A stretch of 64,000 nucleotides of DNA from Mobula hypostoma (Eukaryota), in contig NC_086097.1 of NCBI RefSeq assembly GCF_963921235.1, forward strand, positions 119,724,001 to 119,788,000. Direction: 5' to 3'. The notes beneath the pieces were generated by a model. The model saw nothing but the letters and a program-made list of their open reading frames with translations, was not told the origin of the DNA and did no database searches. How positions within the stretch are numbered: the first letter of the stretch is position 1; each line of letters opens with the position of its first letter. Positions 14,001-26,875 of this stretch are shown piece after piece. The translations under genes were made by a program, and so were the position numbers.

Positions 14001-14941
14001 CTTTGGTCGAGGGTCATGGAGGCCAGAGTTGAGTCGCTGTCTTGGTCTGGCACGGTGGGGTGCCTAGTGAGCACCCATGGGTTGTAGGCGGTGAGAGGTG
14101 GCGCCGACCAAGATGCCTGCCCCCATGTCTCGCACATGATGGCGGTGTGCAGGCAAGATGGCGACCCCCATGTCTCGCACGCAGCGCTGCTGGATCCCGC
14201 TCGCGGTTTGGACTTACAGGCCTTGGCGAAGTGGCCCTTCTTTCCGCAGCTGGAGGAGGTAGCTTCTCGGGCCGGGCAGCATTTCTGGGGGTGCTTTTCG
14301 AGTCCACAGAAGTAGCACTTTACGGACCCGCGACTGGCAGCAGCCGTGGTCGATTCACCAGTGGGTTGCGGGGTCTGCGGCGTCCACGAGGCCGTCGGGA
14401 GATTACGTGCTGGGCGAGCGTCAGAGTTGTGCAGAGCAGCCTCCAGCGTGTCGGCCAGCTCAATCGTCGAACGTAAGGTAGGATCGGCGTGTTCCAGCAG
14501 CCGCTGGCACACATACACTGACCTGGTCCCCGTGACGAAGGCGTCTCTTACTAGGAGCTCCACATGCTCTTCGGCCGTCAGCCCCCCGCAATTGCAGGCC
14601 CGCACGAGTGTCTGTAGGGCCCAGACGAACTCAGCGCTCAACTCTCCGGGCCGCTGCTGCTGCGTCGCTAAGCTATGTCGCACATAGACGGTGTTTACCA
14701 GCCGCAGGTATTGTCTTTTGAGGTTGCTCATCACACCGTTGTAGCTCGGCTGGTCTCTAATCATTGAGTAGACCTGTGGACTGACCCTGGAGAGGAGAAC
14801 TCTGCGCTTCGCGGTGGGCTCGATCACTTCAATCTCCTCTCGGTATGATTCGAAGCAGGCCAGTCAGAGTTTGAAAGCGTTTCTGGCTTCAGGTGTTTGC
14901 GTGTCGAGTTTTAACTTGTCGGGTCTCAGAACGTTTTCCAT
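11070..14941 (-). pseudogene. gag-pol polyprotein pseudogene
   Basis: ATG at 14941; CCHC knuckles CYFCGLEKHPQKCC and SSSCGKKGHFAKAC; protease LFDMGS; RT IDLKSAYYQ, PFGVTNG, YLDN; RNase H EKEAQ, LLTDQ, DALSR; integrase CQVC, IDFKGP, IHSDRGSSF, GNGQVE; in-frame stops and frameshifts. Confidence 0.93.
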
Positions 14942-14966
14942 GCCTTAAAATTACTGTTAATAAAAT

Positions 14967-15207
14967 TGATGCACTATCAATTACTCCAAAAGACTGGAAG
15001 TAGAGTAAATACTGAAAGGCTTTTATTAACAGTAAATGGACCAACGTCCATGCTGCATGTCTGTCCTGGACCGAGGGAGGAGCAGTGACACAATCATCTT
15101 TATTCAGGGGTCTGTGGGAGGAGCCACAGGAGCAGTCAGCAGAGGGGCGTGTCCAGGCATGTCCAGACAGGTAACCCAGTTACAACATATATACATGGTT
15201 TACCACA
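14967..15207 (-). repeat. 5' LTR (241 bp)
   Basis: Direct repeat of 10762-11000; AATAAA on the minus strand. Confidence 0.95.
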
Positions 15208-15464
15208 GTGCTGGCAATGTCAGAAGCTAAATGCAGAGGGAAGACAGACTCCAGTTGAGAGACAGTGACTCCAGTTTATTCATGCAAATTCCAACAGAAT
15301 ATCTGTGGCTCAACTGAGCAACGCTGCAACACATAACATTCTCAACACCAGGTCCCCACAATTAGCACCAATCACGTGTCCTCTTAAATAACAGAAGTAA
15401 CACAGAATCCGCAAGCCTATCAAAATAAACCCAAGCCCCAGAAGACCGCATAACAAAGAGTGAA

Positions 15465-16062
15465 CACGAGGAAATCTGCTGATGCTGGAATTTCAAGCAA
15501 CAGACATAAAAGTTGCTGGTGAATGCAGCAGGCCAGGCAGCATCTCTAGGAAGAGGTACAGTCAACGTTTCAGGCCGAGACCCTTTGTCAGGACTAACTG
15601 AAGGAAGAGTTAGTAAGAGATTTGAAAGTGGGAGGGGGAGGGGGAGATTCAAAATGATAAGAGAAGACAGGAGGGGGAGGGATGGAGCCAAGAGCTGGAC
15701 AGGTGATTGGCAAAGGGGATACGAGAGGATCATGGGACAGGAGGCCTAGGGAGAAAGAAAGGGGGAGGGGTGAAGCCCAGAGGAGTATAGTGAGAGGGAC
15801 AGAGGGAGAAAAAGGAAAGAGAGAAAAAGAATATATATATATAATAATAAATAAATAACGGATGGGTACGAGGGGAAGGAGGGGCATTAACGGAAGTTAG
15901 ACAAGTCAATGTTCGTGCCATCAGATTGGAGGCTACCCAGACTGAATATAAGGTGTTGTTCCTCCAACCTGAGTGTGGCTTCATCTTGATAGTAGAGGAG
16001 GCCGTGGATAGACATATCAGAATGGGAATGGGACGTGGAATTAAAATGTGTGGCCACTGGGA
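15465..16062 (-). mobile_element. Penelope-like element 3' part: GIY-YIG C-terminus, pyrimidine-rich UTR and hammerhead terminus
   Basis: Minus strand reads PVATHFNSTSHSHSDMSIHGLLYYQDEATLRLEEQHLIFSLGSLQSDGTNIDLSNFR*. Confidence 0.85.
15559..15596 (-). ncRNA. Minimal type I hammerhead ribozyme motif (core has one mismatch)
   Basis: Minus strand TAGTC-CTGACAA-AGGGTCTCGGCCT-GAAAC-GTT-GACTG: stem I agtc/gact, CUGANGA-like box, short stem II, GAAAC, GUH. Confidence 0.6.
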
Positions 16063-17035
16063 GTGAGTAACAAAGAGTGAATTGCTTGAGAAAAACCCAA
16101 GGAACTCTAAATGATTAATGACTCTCATTAAACAACAATTAACCAATTCAGGTGCTCTTAAAAACCTCATAGCACTACTCTCTCCAGCTCTGCCCACAGG
16201 CCTGAAGAACTCATTATACATTATTACTCTTGTTTCGGCAATGAACTGTCAGCATTTCTATTTCTATTTCTATCCTAATGCATAAATAAACACACAATTA
16301 AAAATTTCCTCAGAGTTAGTCACTGCAGATGGATGTCTACGTTCCCAGTTCCGGTTGAATAAAAAAATATTTACATGAGGTGTTAATTTGAAGAAAGCCT
16401 TATTTTACTGCAGTAAGATACTGCTTCTAATACTTCACTTCTTAAGTCACCTTCATCACCCAGTAGAATTAGAGGCAGTTGAGATAACTTCTCCAGAAAT
16501 TGTGATGAAAATTATGGCATTCAGAAATATATAATAAATTATTTAAATTATGCAATGTGCATGCTTTCATTTATCAGAATCATGTTATTCACTGAAAATC
16601 GTAACATTATTTTCAGCAACATCTTCACAGAGATATACATCCATCAAATTGTTGTTTATTCCAGACTGGAGATTTAATCCTTCAGTAACAGTTGACTATA
16701 TCAGCTATGTTCAGTGGTATGGAGTCAAATAATGTTATTAAGCTAAGTAAGGTAATTCATATAAAGCATTTTTTACATTTTTTTCTTGTATAATATGTCA
16801 TATTTAGATTGATCCCACTTCTTGGTTCTTAGCTTAAAGTCCTGTATTTTGAGGCTCTTCAGGTGTGCGTCCAGGCATTTGACAAGCAAATTCTGGTCCC
16901 TGCTTTCACCACTATCTGCCATTCTCATTTCTGAGATTATTAATTAATTTGCATAGTTGGTCTTCTTTTGCACAATGGTTATTTATCAGTCTTTGCCTGT
17001 ATTTTTTCATTGATTCTGTTGTATTTCTATGTTTT

Positions 17036-20000
17036 CTTTTTCAATATTTTTATTAGTTTTCTACATAGGAGAATACAGAGTTCAAGAAAAGAGAAATATA
17101 TCCAATATATTATACTGAATCACACGTACAAACTCCTTACTCTATATTCATACAAATTGATTAATAATATTGAAATATAGTAAATTTATTATATAGGAAA
17201 AAATCTAACCCTCTACCAAGACCGAAACTGATTAGTAAAGAAGAAAAAGAAACAAAGTATATTATTAGCCATCATCTGTGCTTTAACGGCAAATCAAAGG
17301 TTTTGAAAATAGTTCAAAAAAGGTCCCCACAATGTTTGAACATCTTGATAGATTCAGAAATTGAACACCGAATCTTCTCTAAGTTTAAACATGACGTGAC
17401 ATCATGCAGCCATTGAACGTGAGTGGGCGGGATCGCATCTTTCCATTTGAGCAAGAGCGTCCTCCTAGCAATAAGAGAAATAAAAACTAAAATGTGCAAA
17501 TTAGATTTTTGCAAAATAATATCCTTTCCTCCAACAATACCAAATAAAGCGCTCAAAGGACTAGGCTTGAAATTTACTTTAAAAAGTACCGAGAAAGTTT
17601 GAAATACTTCTTTCCAATATTTTCCAAAAACTCAGGCATGTCCAAAACATATGAATGAGTGAAGCTTCTCCATTATTACATTTATCACAGTAAGGAGATA
17701 TATCCAAATAAAAGCGAGACAACTTATCCTTGGTCATGTGTGCCCTATGGGCCACTTTAAATTGTAAGAGAGAGTGGTGAGCACATAATGGTGAAGTTTT
17801 AACCAATTTAAAAATTTGATTCCAAGTTTCCTCAGAAATTGAAGTCTGTAAATCTTTTTCCTTGAAAGATTTTTAATTTTATCTAAAGGAACACTTCTCA
17901 TTCCCAGCAACATATTATAAATATTAGATATGGATCCATGAAAAAAAAGGTTTCAAATTAAAAATTATATCTAGTAGATTCTTATCAGAACTTTTAGGAA
18001 ATGTACATATTTGACACCGTAAAAGTCTCTTATTTCTAGCTATCAAAAAAAAAGAGTTTTGGGTAAGCTATATTTAGCTGATAGTTGCTCAAACAAAAGG
18101 AGACTTCACTCCACAAACAAGTCCTGGAAGCATTTAATACCTAATCTATCCCATTCTTTAAAAGCCACATCTATCATAGAAGATTTTTAAAAAATTAGAA
18201 AAAATGGGACTTGAAAGAGAAAATCTCAATAAGCCAAAGTATTTTCGGAATTGTACCCAAATTCTGATAGTATGTTTAACTACCAAATTGTCAGTTAACT
18301 TACTCAGGGATAAAGGAAGTGAAGATCCAAGAAGTGAAATAATAGAAAATTTATTAACAGAGTTAGCTTCTAAAGAAACCCATCTCGGACAATCCTCACG
18401 ATTAATGCAATATAACCAAAATGTAGGATTATGTATATTAACTGCTCAATGATAAAAACCTAAAGTTTGGTAAAGCTAGCCCTCCATTCTTTTTAGCTTT
18501 CTGAAGACGAATTTTGTTTAGTCTAGAATGCTTATTTTTTCCATATATAGGATGATATAATAGAATCAAGAGAATCAAGAATTGCCTGAAAAAGATATAT
18601 AAATTTAGGTAAAATATTCATTTTAATAGAATTAATTTGACCAATCAATGATAACGAAAGAGGCGACCAATTTGATAGTCTCCTTTTTACATAATTCAAT
18701 AGGGTAAGAAAATTTTCTTTAAATAAGCACTTATATTTTTTAGTAATTGTTATACCCAAGTAAGTAAGTTGGTTTCTTACAATTTTAAAAGGAAGGTTAG
18801 AATTAGTTGATATCCAAATATTCAAAGGAAAAAGTTCACTCTTATGTAAATTCAGATTATAGCCTGAGAACTGGCTAAAACAGGAGAGTAAAGAAAGCGC
18901 ATGGGATAACGAAGTTTCGACATTAGAAATAAAGAGTAGTAGATCATCTGCACAGAGCAAAACTTTGTGGATAGTGCCTCTCCTTAGAATACCGGTGACA
19001 TCATTAGATTCTTGAAAGGCTATGGCTAAGTGCTCTAAAGCCAGATCAAAAAGCAAAGGACTCAACGGACAGCCTTATCTGGTGCCACATTGAAGCTTAA
19101 ATGGTTTGGAGTTCTGAGAATTAGTAATAACCCTAGTGGAGGGAGCAAAATAAAGTAACTTATTCCATTGAATGAAATCAGGTCCGAAATTGAATTTTTC
19201 TAAAATTTTAAATAAATAATTCGATTCAATTCTGTCAAAAGCCTTCTCAGCATCTAGGGATACCACACATTCTGGTATCTCCTTAGAAGGAGAATAGATA
19301 ACATTTAATAAATGACAAATATTAAAATGAAAATATTAATTTTTGATAAATCCAGTCTGATTATCAGAAATGACAGATGGTAAAATATTTTTAATCCTAT
19401 GGGCCAGAACTTTAGATACAATCTTAGTATCAACATTAAGTAAAGAAATTGGTCTATAGGAAGAGCATTCAATTGGACCTTATTCTTTTTGAGGATAAGC
19501 GAAATGGAAGCCTCACAGAAAGATTGAGGCAGCCTGCCCAACTTAAATGAATCCGAGAAAACTGAACTTAAATGAGGTGTAAGCAGTGAGGAAAAGGTCT
19601 TATAAAACTCTCCAGAAAATCCATCTGGACCTGGAGCTTTCCTCAAATGCAATGAGCGCACAGCCTCGACAATTTCCTCAAAAGAAATAGATTGTTCCAA
19701 CTGCTTTCTGTTGTCAGAGATTGTGGGAATGTTTAATTGATCTAAAAAAATGTTCATTACAGTGTCATCCTTAGGAGAGTCAGAGCTATAGAATCTGGAA
19801 TAAAATTCTCTATAGGTATAATTTATTTGTAAATGATCAGTTGTCTTATCACCGTTAGCTTTACGTATTTTTTAATCTGCTGTTTAGCTATGAAGGTTTT
19901 AATCTGATTAGCCAATAAGTTACCTGTTTTGTCTCCATGAATATAAAATTGACTTTTATCTTTTAGGAGTTGAGTTTCAATTGGATAAGTTAAAAGGAGA

Positions 20001-22314
20001 TCATATTTAGTTTTAATTTCAACACACCTTTTATGTAAAGCAGGATCTGGAACCAGGGCATCCTGTTGGTCTAATTGTTTCAACTGGTTAGCTAAATCAC
20101 TTTTTCCTTTATTAGCTTTTCTCTTAATACTTGCTGTATAAGAAATAATTTGTCCTCTAGTATACGCCTTAAAGGCATCCCATTTGATAAGACTGGAAGT
20201 GTCCTCTAACGTATTCTCCTCAAAAAAAAGAGTAACTTGTCTCTCCATAAACTTTAAAAAGTCTTTATCAGATAACGAAGTTAGATTAAAATGCCAAAAC
20301 CTGTTTGTTTGAAGAAGGCCAGGGAGATTTAAAGATAAGAACACAGGAGCATGATCTGAGACAACAGTCTCTTTATATTCACAGGATCAAACTAATGGAA
20401 CCATTTGGCTATCGATAAAAAAGTAATCAATCCTGGAATAAGTATGATGGACATGAGAGGAAAACGAATATTCCCTGACTACTAGATAAAAAGAAATGCC
20501 AAACATCAACAATACCACATTTCATTAGAAACAATTTAGTAAACACAGCTGATTTATTTGGTATCACTAGTTGAGAAGATGAACGATCTAAAGCTGGATC
20601 TAAACAACAATTAAAGTCTTCTCCCATCACCAATGAGTACAGATCTGGCAAAAATGGAAAAAAAAAACGCTCAAAGAAGCCTGGGTCATCTCTATTTGGA
20701 GCATGCACATTGGCAAATAACATTAATTTGTTATCTAACTTCCCTGAAACGATAATAAAATGCCCATTAGTATCAGAAATTACTTTATTTTGAACAAAGG
20801 AAACTTTATTATCTATAAGGATCGAAACGCCTCTAGCTTTGGCCTAAAATGAAGAAGGGAAATGAGAATCTCTCCATTAATTAAAAAGGTGTGAAATGTC
20901 ACATTTACGTACATGAGTTTCTTGAAAAAAAAACAATTGGTACCTTAAGTTTTTTTAATATAGGCAAAAATCTTATTTCTTTTCACAGGGTGATTTAGCC
21001 CTTTCACCTTAAAACTAAGTAAATTAATACTTTGATCCATTTAAAAACTATTTATAAGAAAGATTAAAGTAACAATCAAAAGGATGTATATTAAACCCAA
21101 ACAACAAACCTTGAGATATGGTAACTAGGCAACAGAGTTGACTAAATTTCCAAATCAGCTTCAAGAAAAAAAGAACTCCCCATCCCCCTCCTTCCTCCCA
21201 AAGAAAGAAAATTGGCTAAAAGGCAGCTGACGCCTACCCCCACTAATATCATCCCCCCAGAAAAGCCTGCTGGAACTGCTCCCAAGAATTCAAGGTTGAT
21301 TGCTGTTCCAACCGAGACAAAGCAAAATGCAGGAAAAAAATAAGCTTATACAGTTTTATCAAACAAAAGAAGCAATTTTTCATACTGAAAAATATTAAGC
21401 AGTTATATTTCTAAGTCTAAAAATTTCTGAGTCTCTTCATTTGTAAGAAGCCATTTCTTTAAGCCATCTTGCATTGTAATTCTCAGCTGAGCTGGATAGC
21501 GAAGAGAATGCTTGAAGTTTTTGCTATAAAGTTCCGCCATAACTTTCTTTAAACTTAGCGCGTTCTTCCATAACTTCCGATAAGAAATCTTCAACAATAC
21601 GAATCTTCTGACCTTTGTAGTCAATCATACCTTTCCGACGGGATTCACAAATCGAAAGGTCCTTTGTTTGAAATTCATGAAAACATAAGATGACGAATCT
21701 TAGTCTTGATTCTGAAGTCGATCTATAAATAGGCGATCTGTGAACACGATCAATCAAAGGTAAAGACTGTATAAAATCATGGAATTATTCCATCAGAAGG
21801 TTTGCAAAGAATTCCTTTGGATTATCTCCTTCCATTAACTCTTTAAGTCCCAAGATTCGTAAGTTGTTTCTCCAACTTCGATTTTCCAAATCAATAATCT
21901 TCAGTCTCAGTTTTCCATTAGACTTGGATTGTTTTTCATACAGCTTTTGCAGATCATCAGTTTTCTTATCTAGTATTATAATCTCTTCATGCTCTTTTAT
22001 CCTCTTATCATGCTCGATTAAAGTTTCTTGAATAACATCCAGTTTTGTACTTATTTGTTTGACTTCAAAGCTGATTTGTTGTGAATCGACCAAAATTTCT
22101 TTTCTGAACTGATGAAACTCCTTGGTAAGATTTTGCGAGTCTGTAGAAAGCTTTTGAAGCAGGCCTGTAATAGATGCCAAAGCTGTTTTGGTAGCCATAG
22201 TAAGATAATAACACATTTAACAGTAATATTTCAAAAAGTTGGAAACAAAAAAGGAAGTAAGCTAGGAGCACCAGGAAAGACCTGTTACTCCATCAGCGAC
22301 CAGCAGTCAAGTCC
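17036..22314 (-). mobile_element. Full-length decayed L1-clade LINE
   Basis: ORF1 coiled coil with DLENRSWRNNLRILGL and IDRVHR; ORF2 NVHAPN, KAPGPDGF, SLDAEKAFDRI, SPLLFDL, CADDLL, CDKC..HMFWTC; A-rich tail; 10-bp TSD tctatgtttt (17026-17035, 22315-22324). Confidence 0.93.
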
Positions 22315-22334
22315 TCTATGTTTTACTATGAATG

Positions 22335-23165
22335 AGCTTAGGATGATTAATGGCGCCTACCAGCAACTCCTTTGCTTGCATCTTCAAAAAACAGCTCTCT
22401 TTCCATCTTTAATATTTCTATTTTTCCCTTTTAGGGTTCTTTTGAAGACCTTGACCTGGAGTTACATGCTAACTATGTTTTTTTGCAGGAAAGGGACACC
22501 CCTTCAGGGCTTCATGAGTGGCCGTTGTTCGGCACATCAAGGGCTTGGCCTAAGAGCTTCACTTGCTTTCAGAGGACCAAGATTTTGTGGCTCTGGAGAC
22601 GGGAATGGTGGGGGGGGGGGAAGGATTGGAGGTCAGCGCCTCTGCTGGAGATCGATGTGTTGTTGGAGACAGAAGATCTTTGGCTGTGTGGCCAGAAAAC
22701 CAAGATCTTTGGGCATACAGCTCAGAAAAAGTGATGCAATGGACCTTCAGCATTCTAAACCAATGAGTTGTTTGTTATGTTTCCTCTATCACTGTGCAAC
22801 AGAGACACCTCTTTCTCTCTTATTAGGGAGAGAGAGCCTGTGGTATGTCAAATACCAGGTGAACAAGTAGTCTTTGGAGTACAGTAAGTCTATGTCTTTG
22901 CTGCTGCTTTGCTCACACTTGAGTGGTCGGTGGTGGGTGCCAGTGCTTTTTTTTTGCCAGTGGGGGGGCGGCAGGGGGATTGTTGCTCGCTGCTGTTTAC
23001 ACGCTGGAGGGAGGGAAGCAGGAGGGGAGTTTTGGGGTTCTTACATTTAATTGTCATTCATTCTTTGGGGCACTCCTCTTTTCTCGTGAATGGCTACAAA
23101 GAAAAAGTATTTCAGGATGTATATTGTATACATTTCTCTGACATTAAATGTACCTTTGAAACCTT
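22335..23165 (+). mobile_element. Non-coding about 830-bp retroposon (SINE-like), copy 1
   Basis: TSD tgaatg (22329-22334, 23166-23171); tandem tail cctttgaaacctttgaa; colinear homolog at 56283-57725. Confidence 0.7.
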
Positions 23166-23274
23166 TGAATGCCCGCAAGTAAATGAACCTTGGAGTAGTA
23201 TATGGTAACATGCTCTGTAAATACTTTGATAATAAACTTTGAATTTTAAACTCTGAATTTTGAGATAGCTTGTG

Positions 23275-25293
23275 AGTTTAAGGCCCCCTCCACTAACAAG
23301 AGTACTTGAACTGTCTTCCGTGATGAGGATGTCTCCGAGTTCATGGATGGAGTCACATACTTTATCCAGAAGTGCATCCACGACGTTGTCCCCCAGAAGT
23401 GGTTCAGGGTCTTCCCAAATCAGAAACTCTGGAGCAATAGTTCTGTGCGAGCAGCGGTTACCACACGACATTGAGCTTACATTGCCGGCAGTCAGCTGGA
23501 GCTCAAGGAAAGCAGCTATATTCTGTGCAAAGCTATCAAGGATGCAAAACAACAATACAGGGATGATATTGAGTCAAGATTTACAACAAGTAGCACACGT
23601 GACTTGTGGTGAGGTTTGCTTACCATCGCAGACTTCAAAGCCAAACGTTGTGGTGTCACCAACTTTGCAACCTCTCTCCCAGATGAGCTCAATCGCTTTT
23701 ATGCTCGGTTTGATGTCGCTAACTCTGAGCCTCTGAGGAAAGCCACCGCTACAACCTGCAACCTGGTCATCGCTGAGGCTGAGGTATGCTGATGTTTCCA
23801 ATGAGTGGACAGTCGCAAGGCTGCGGGACCGAACGGCATCCCAGGGTGAATACTCAGATGTGCGCAGCACAAATGGTGGGTGTGTTTACTGTCATTTTTA
23901 ATCTCTTCCTCTACCAGTATAGTGTGCCCTCCTGCTTCAAATTATCCACCATTGTTCCCTGTACCAAAAAACACCAAGGTAATATGCCTGATCCACTGGT
24001 GGCCTGTCGCACTCAACTCAATAATAAGCAAATGCTTCGACAGTCTGGTCAAGGATTACATCTGCAGCTTGCTACCACCCAAACTGAACCCCCCACAATT
24101 CGCCTACTGACACAACCAATCGACAGATGATGCAATAGCCACTGCACAACATATGTCCTTACACATCTGGAGAAGAAGGACACTTATGTGAGAATACTGT
24201 TCTTGGACTACCGTTCAGCATTCAACACCATAATTCCATCCAGGCTTGACAGGAAGCTCAGAGACCTTGGCCTTGACCCTGTCTTGTGCAGCTGGATAAT
24301 GGACTTCCTGTCAGGTCACTGGCAGGTGGTCAGAGTGGGCTCCCTCACCTCCACCCCTCTGACTCTCAACACAGGAGCCCCTCAGGACTGTGTACTAGGT
24401 CCCCTCCTCTACTCCCTGTACACCCATGACTGTGTTGCTACCTACAGCTCTAATCTGCTAATCAAATTTGCCGACGACACCACATTGATTGGCCAAATCT
24501 CAAACAACGAGGCGGTCTACAGGGAATCATCTCTCTGACACAGTGGTGTCATGAAAACAACCTCTCCCTCAATGTCGCAAAAACAAAGGAGCTGGTTGTG
24601 GATTACAGGAGGAATGGAGACGGGCTAACCCCTATTGACATCAATGTATCTGGGGTTGAGAGGGTGAACAGCTTTAAGTTCCTCAGCATCCACATCACCG
24701 AGTACCTCACGTGATCTGTACACACCAGCTGTGTGGTGAAAAATGCACAACAGCGTCTCTTTCACCTCAGACGGTTGAGTAAGTTTGGTATGGGCCCTCA
24801 AATCCTAAGATCTTTCTACAGGGGCACAATTGAGAGCATCCTGACTGTCTGCAGCATTGCCTGGTATGGGAACTGTACCTCCCTTAATCGCAGGATTCTG
24901 CAGAGTGGTGCGAACAGCCCAGCGCATCTGTAGTTGTGAACTTCCCATGATTCAGCACGTTTGCAAAGACAGATGTGTAAAAGGGCCCGAAGGATCATTG
25001 GGGGCCAGAGTCACCCCAACCACACACTGTTCCAGCTGCTACCATCTGGAAAACGGTACCACAGCATAAAAACAGGACCAGCAGTCTCCGGGACAGCTTC
25101 TTCCATTAGGCCACCAGATTAATTAACTCACACTGATTTGAGTGTATTTCTATGTTATATTGACTGTTCTATTTATTATAAGTTATTATAAATAACTATG
25201 ATTGCACATTACACATTTAGACAGACATAACGTAAAGATTTTTACTCCTCATGCGTGTGAAGGGTGCAAGAAATAAAGCCAATTCAATTCAAT
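23275..25293 (+). mobile_element. Rex1/Babar LINE, 5'-truncated
   Basis: [67 protein letters not shown]; tail aataaagccaattcaattcaat. Confidence 0.88.
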
Positions 25294-25779
25294 CTAGATT
25301 GTGGGAGCATCTTTCAGAATGGACCTTAATGCTCTCAGGTAGATGTGATTCTAACTTCAGTGAAGAACATAGGTGTAATTGTAACTACATCATGTATTCA
25401 TACTGAGGACAGCTCCCCATCATACTAAGGAGCATTTTAAATATGTTGGTTAGAAGCAGATGTGTTAGCTCAAAACTGGACATCCATATGATTCCTGTAG
25501 GCCACCAGCAACTGTAGAATTACATTGCACCATACTTAATTTGTAATGACTTGGGTCGATGCAGGCTCTTGGAACAATCCCATCCATCCCATACTCCTAT
25601 TTCCCTGCAAGATATCTTCTCTCACAAGTCCATCTGCTGCCAATCTCAGCCTTGATTTTCCTGCCACCGACCAACACTGAGAATAATTTACAGCAGCTTA
25701 TTAATCTACCTTTCATTCCCACCGGACACTCGGCTCTCTCCGGAGGCTCCATGTAACTGTATACCTGCTTTAACAGGCA

Positions 25780-26130
25780 CACCCCGGTGCAGCAGTTTGA
25801 GAGGCAGGCTACACCAGGTGAGGGTAGCCAGCAGGCCTCATACCCTGGTGAGTTAGGGATGTGCCTGTCCCAGCAACGCAAGGTCAGCTCTGGTGGACCG
25901 GGAAGATGAGATCAACAGTGAGTACCAATGGCCAGAAGGGCAGCTCTGCAACACGTTTTGGAGTGTGAAGTGCACGGCAATGCACTAAACAAGCCATGGT
26001 CATCCATTGCAACCAAGGGAGACCGCAGTTACTACTAGGTACGAGCTTACACAGGCAAGAGAGTGGAACTGCTCCAGTACAATGGCTTTTCTAATTTTAA
26101 ATATCTCCTGCACAGGTTTCTTCATGCAGC
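25780..26130 (+). mobile_element. Diverged RTE-leader-like retroposon fragment
   Basis: ggctacaccaggtgagggtagc..accctggtgagttaggga..tcccagca resembles the minus strand of 38805-39374. Confidence 0.5.
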
Positions 26131-26399
26131 TCACATCATTTAGTGCAACAGAACTGCACAAATCTATCTGTCATCGTATGATACGATGGACAGACAACTG
26201 AGTAATCTACCAGCATGCCTATGGGATGTGGGAGAGATTGGCACCCAGGAAACCCATTCAGCCGGAGGGAAGCTATATAACTTCTGAAGCCAGAAACATT
26301 GGATTTTGCTGGAGCTGTGTGAGTGCTGTGGGCAGATTTTCTACCATATGAGACACTGAAGCCAGGATTACTTCCACTTTAACAGAACCATCAAACCAG

Positions 26400-26875
26400 G
26401 TAATGCACAAAAAGCTGGAAGAACCTAACAGATCAGGCAGCATCTATGGAGTAGAATAAATAGTTGACATTTCAGGCCAAGATATTCTGGTAATTTCTTC
26501 ATCCTCCTCGTCTCTCTTTTTCCATTCCCCATTCTACTACCCCTCTCACCCCCTCTCTTCTCCTCACAAGCCCAATCACCTCCTGCTGATGCCCCTCCTC
26601 TTGCCATTTCTCTCATGGTCCAATCTCCTCTCCTGTCAGATTCCTCCTTCATCAGCTCTTTACCTTACGCCTTCCAGTTTCTCACATCACCACCCTCTTC
26701 CACACCTTACCAGTCACCTGGTTTAGTCATAGTCATAGTCATATTCATACTTTATTGATCCCAGGGGGAAATTGGTTTATTGGTTCACCCATTATCTGCC
26801 AGCTTGTACTCTTTCCACTCTCCCACTATTTCTATTCTAACTTCTTCCCCTTTTCTTTCCAAATCTGATGAAAAA
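26400..26875. mobile_element. Penelope-like terminal and UTR fragments in opposite orientations
   Basis: gctggaagaacctaacagatcaggcagcatctatgg (antisense terminus) followed by pyrimidine-rich UTR-like sequence ending ctgatgaa. Confidence 0.5.

Larger units (their letters stand above)
10762..15207 (-). mobile_element. Complete Ty3/Gypsy LTR retrotransposon (gag-PR-RT-RH-INT), disabled
   Basis: LTRs at 10762-11000 and 14967-15207 with TG...CA ends; 5-bp TSD gtgct (10757-10761, 15208-15212); PPT aaaaaaaggaggggtgaa (minus strand, 11001-11018). Confidence 0.97.

Noticed and set aside
22112..22870. 252-aa ORF
   Set aside because: Crosses the L1 5' end, the TSD and an unrelated retroposon; no recognisable motifs; not preserved in the second copy.
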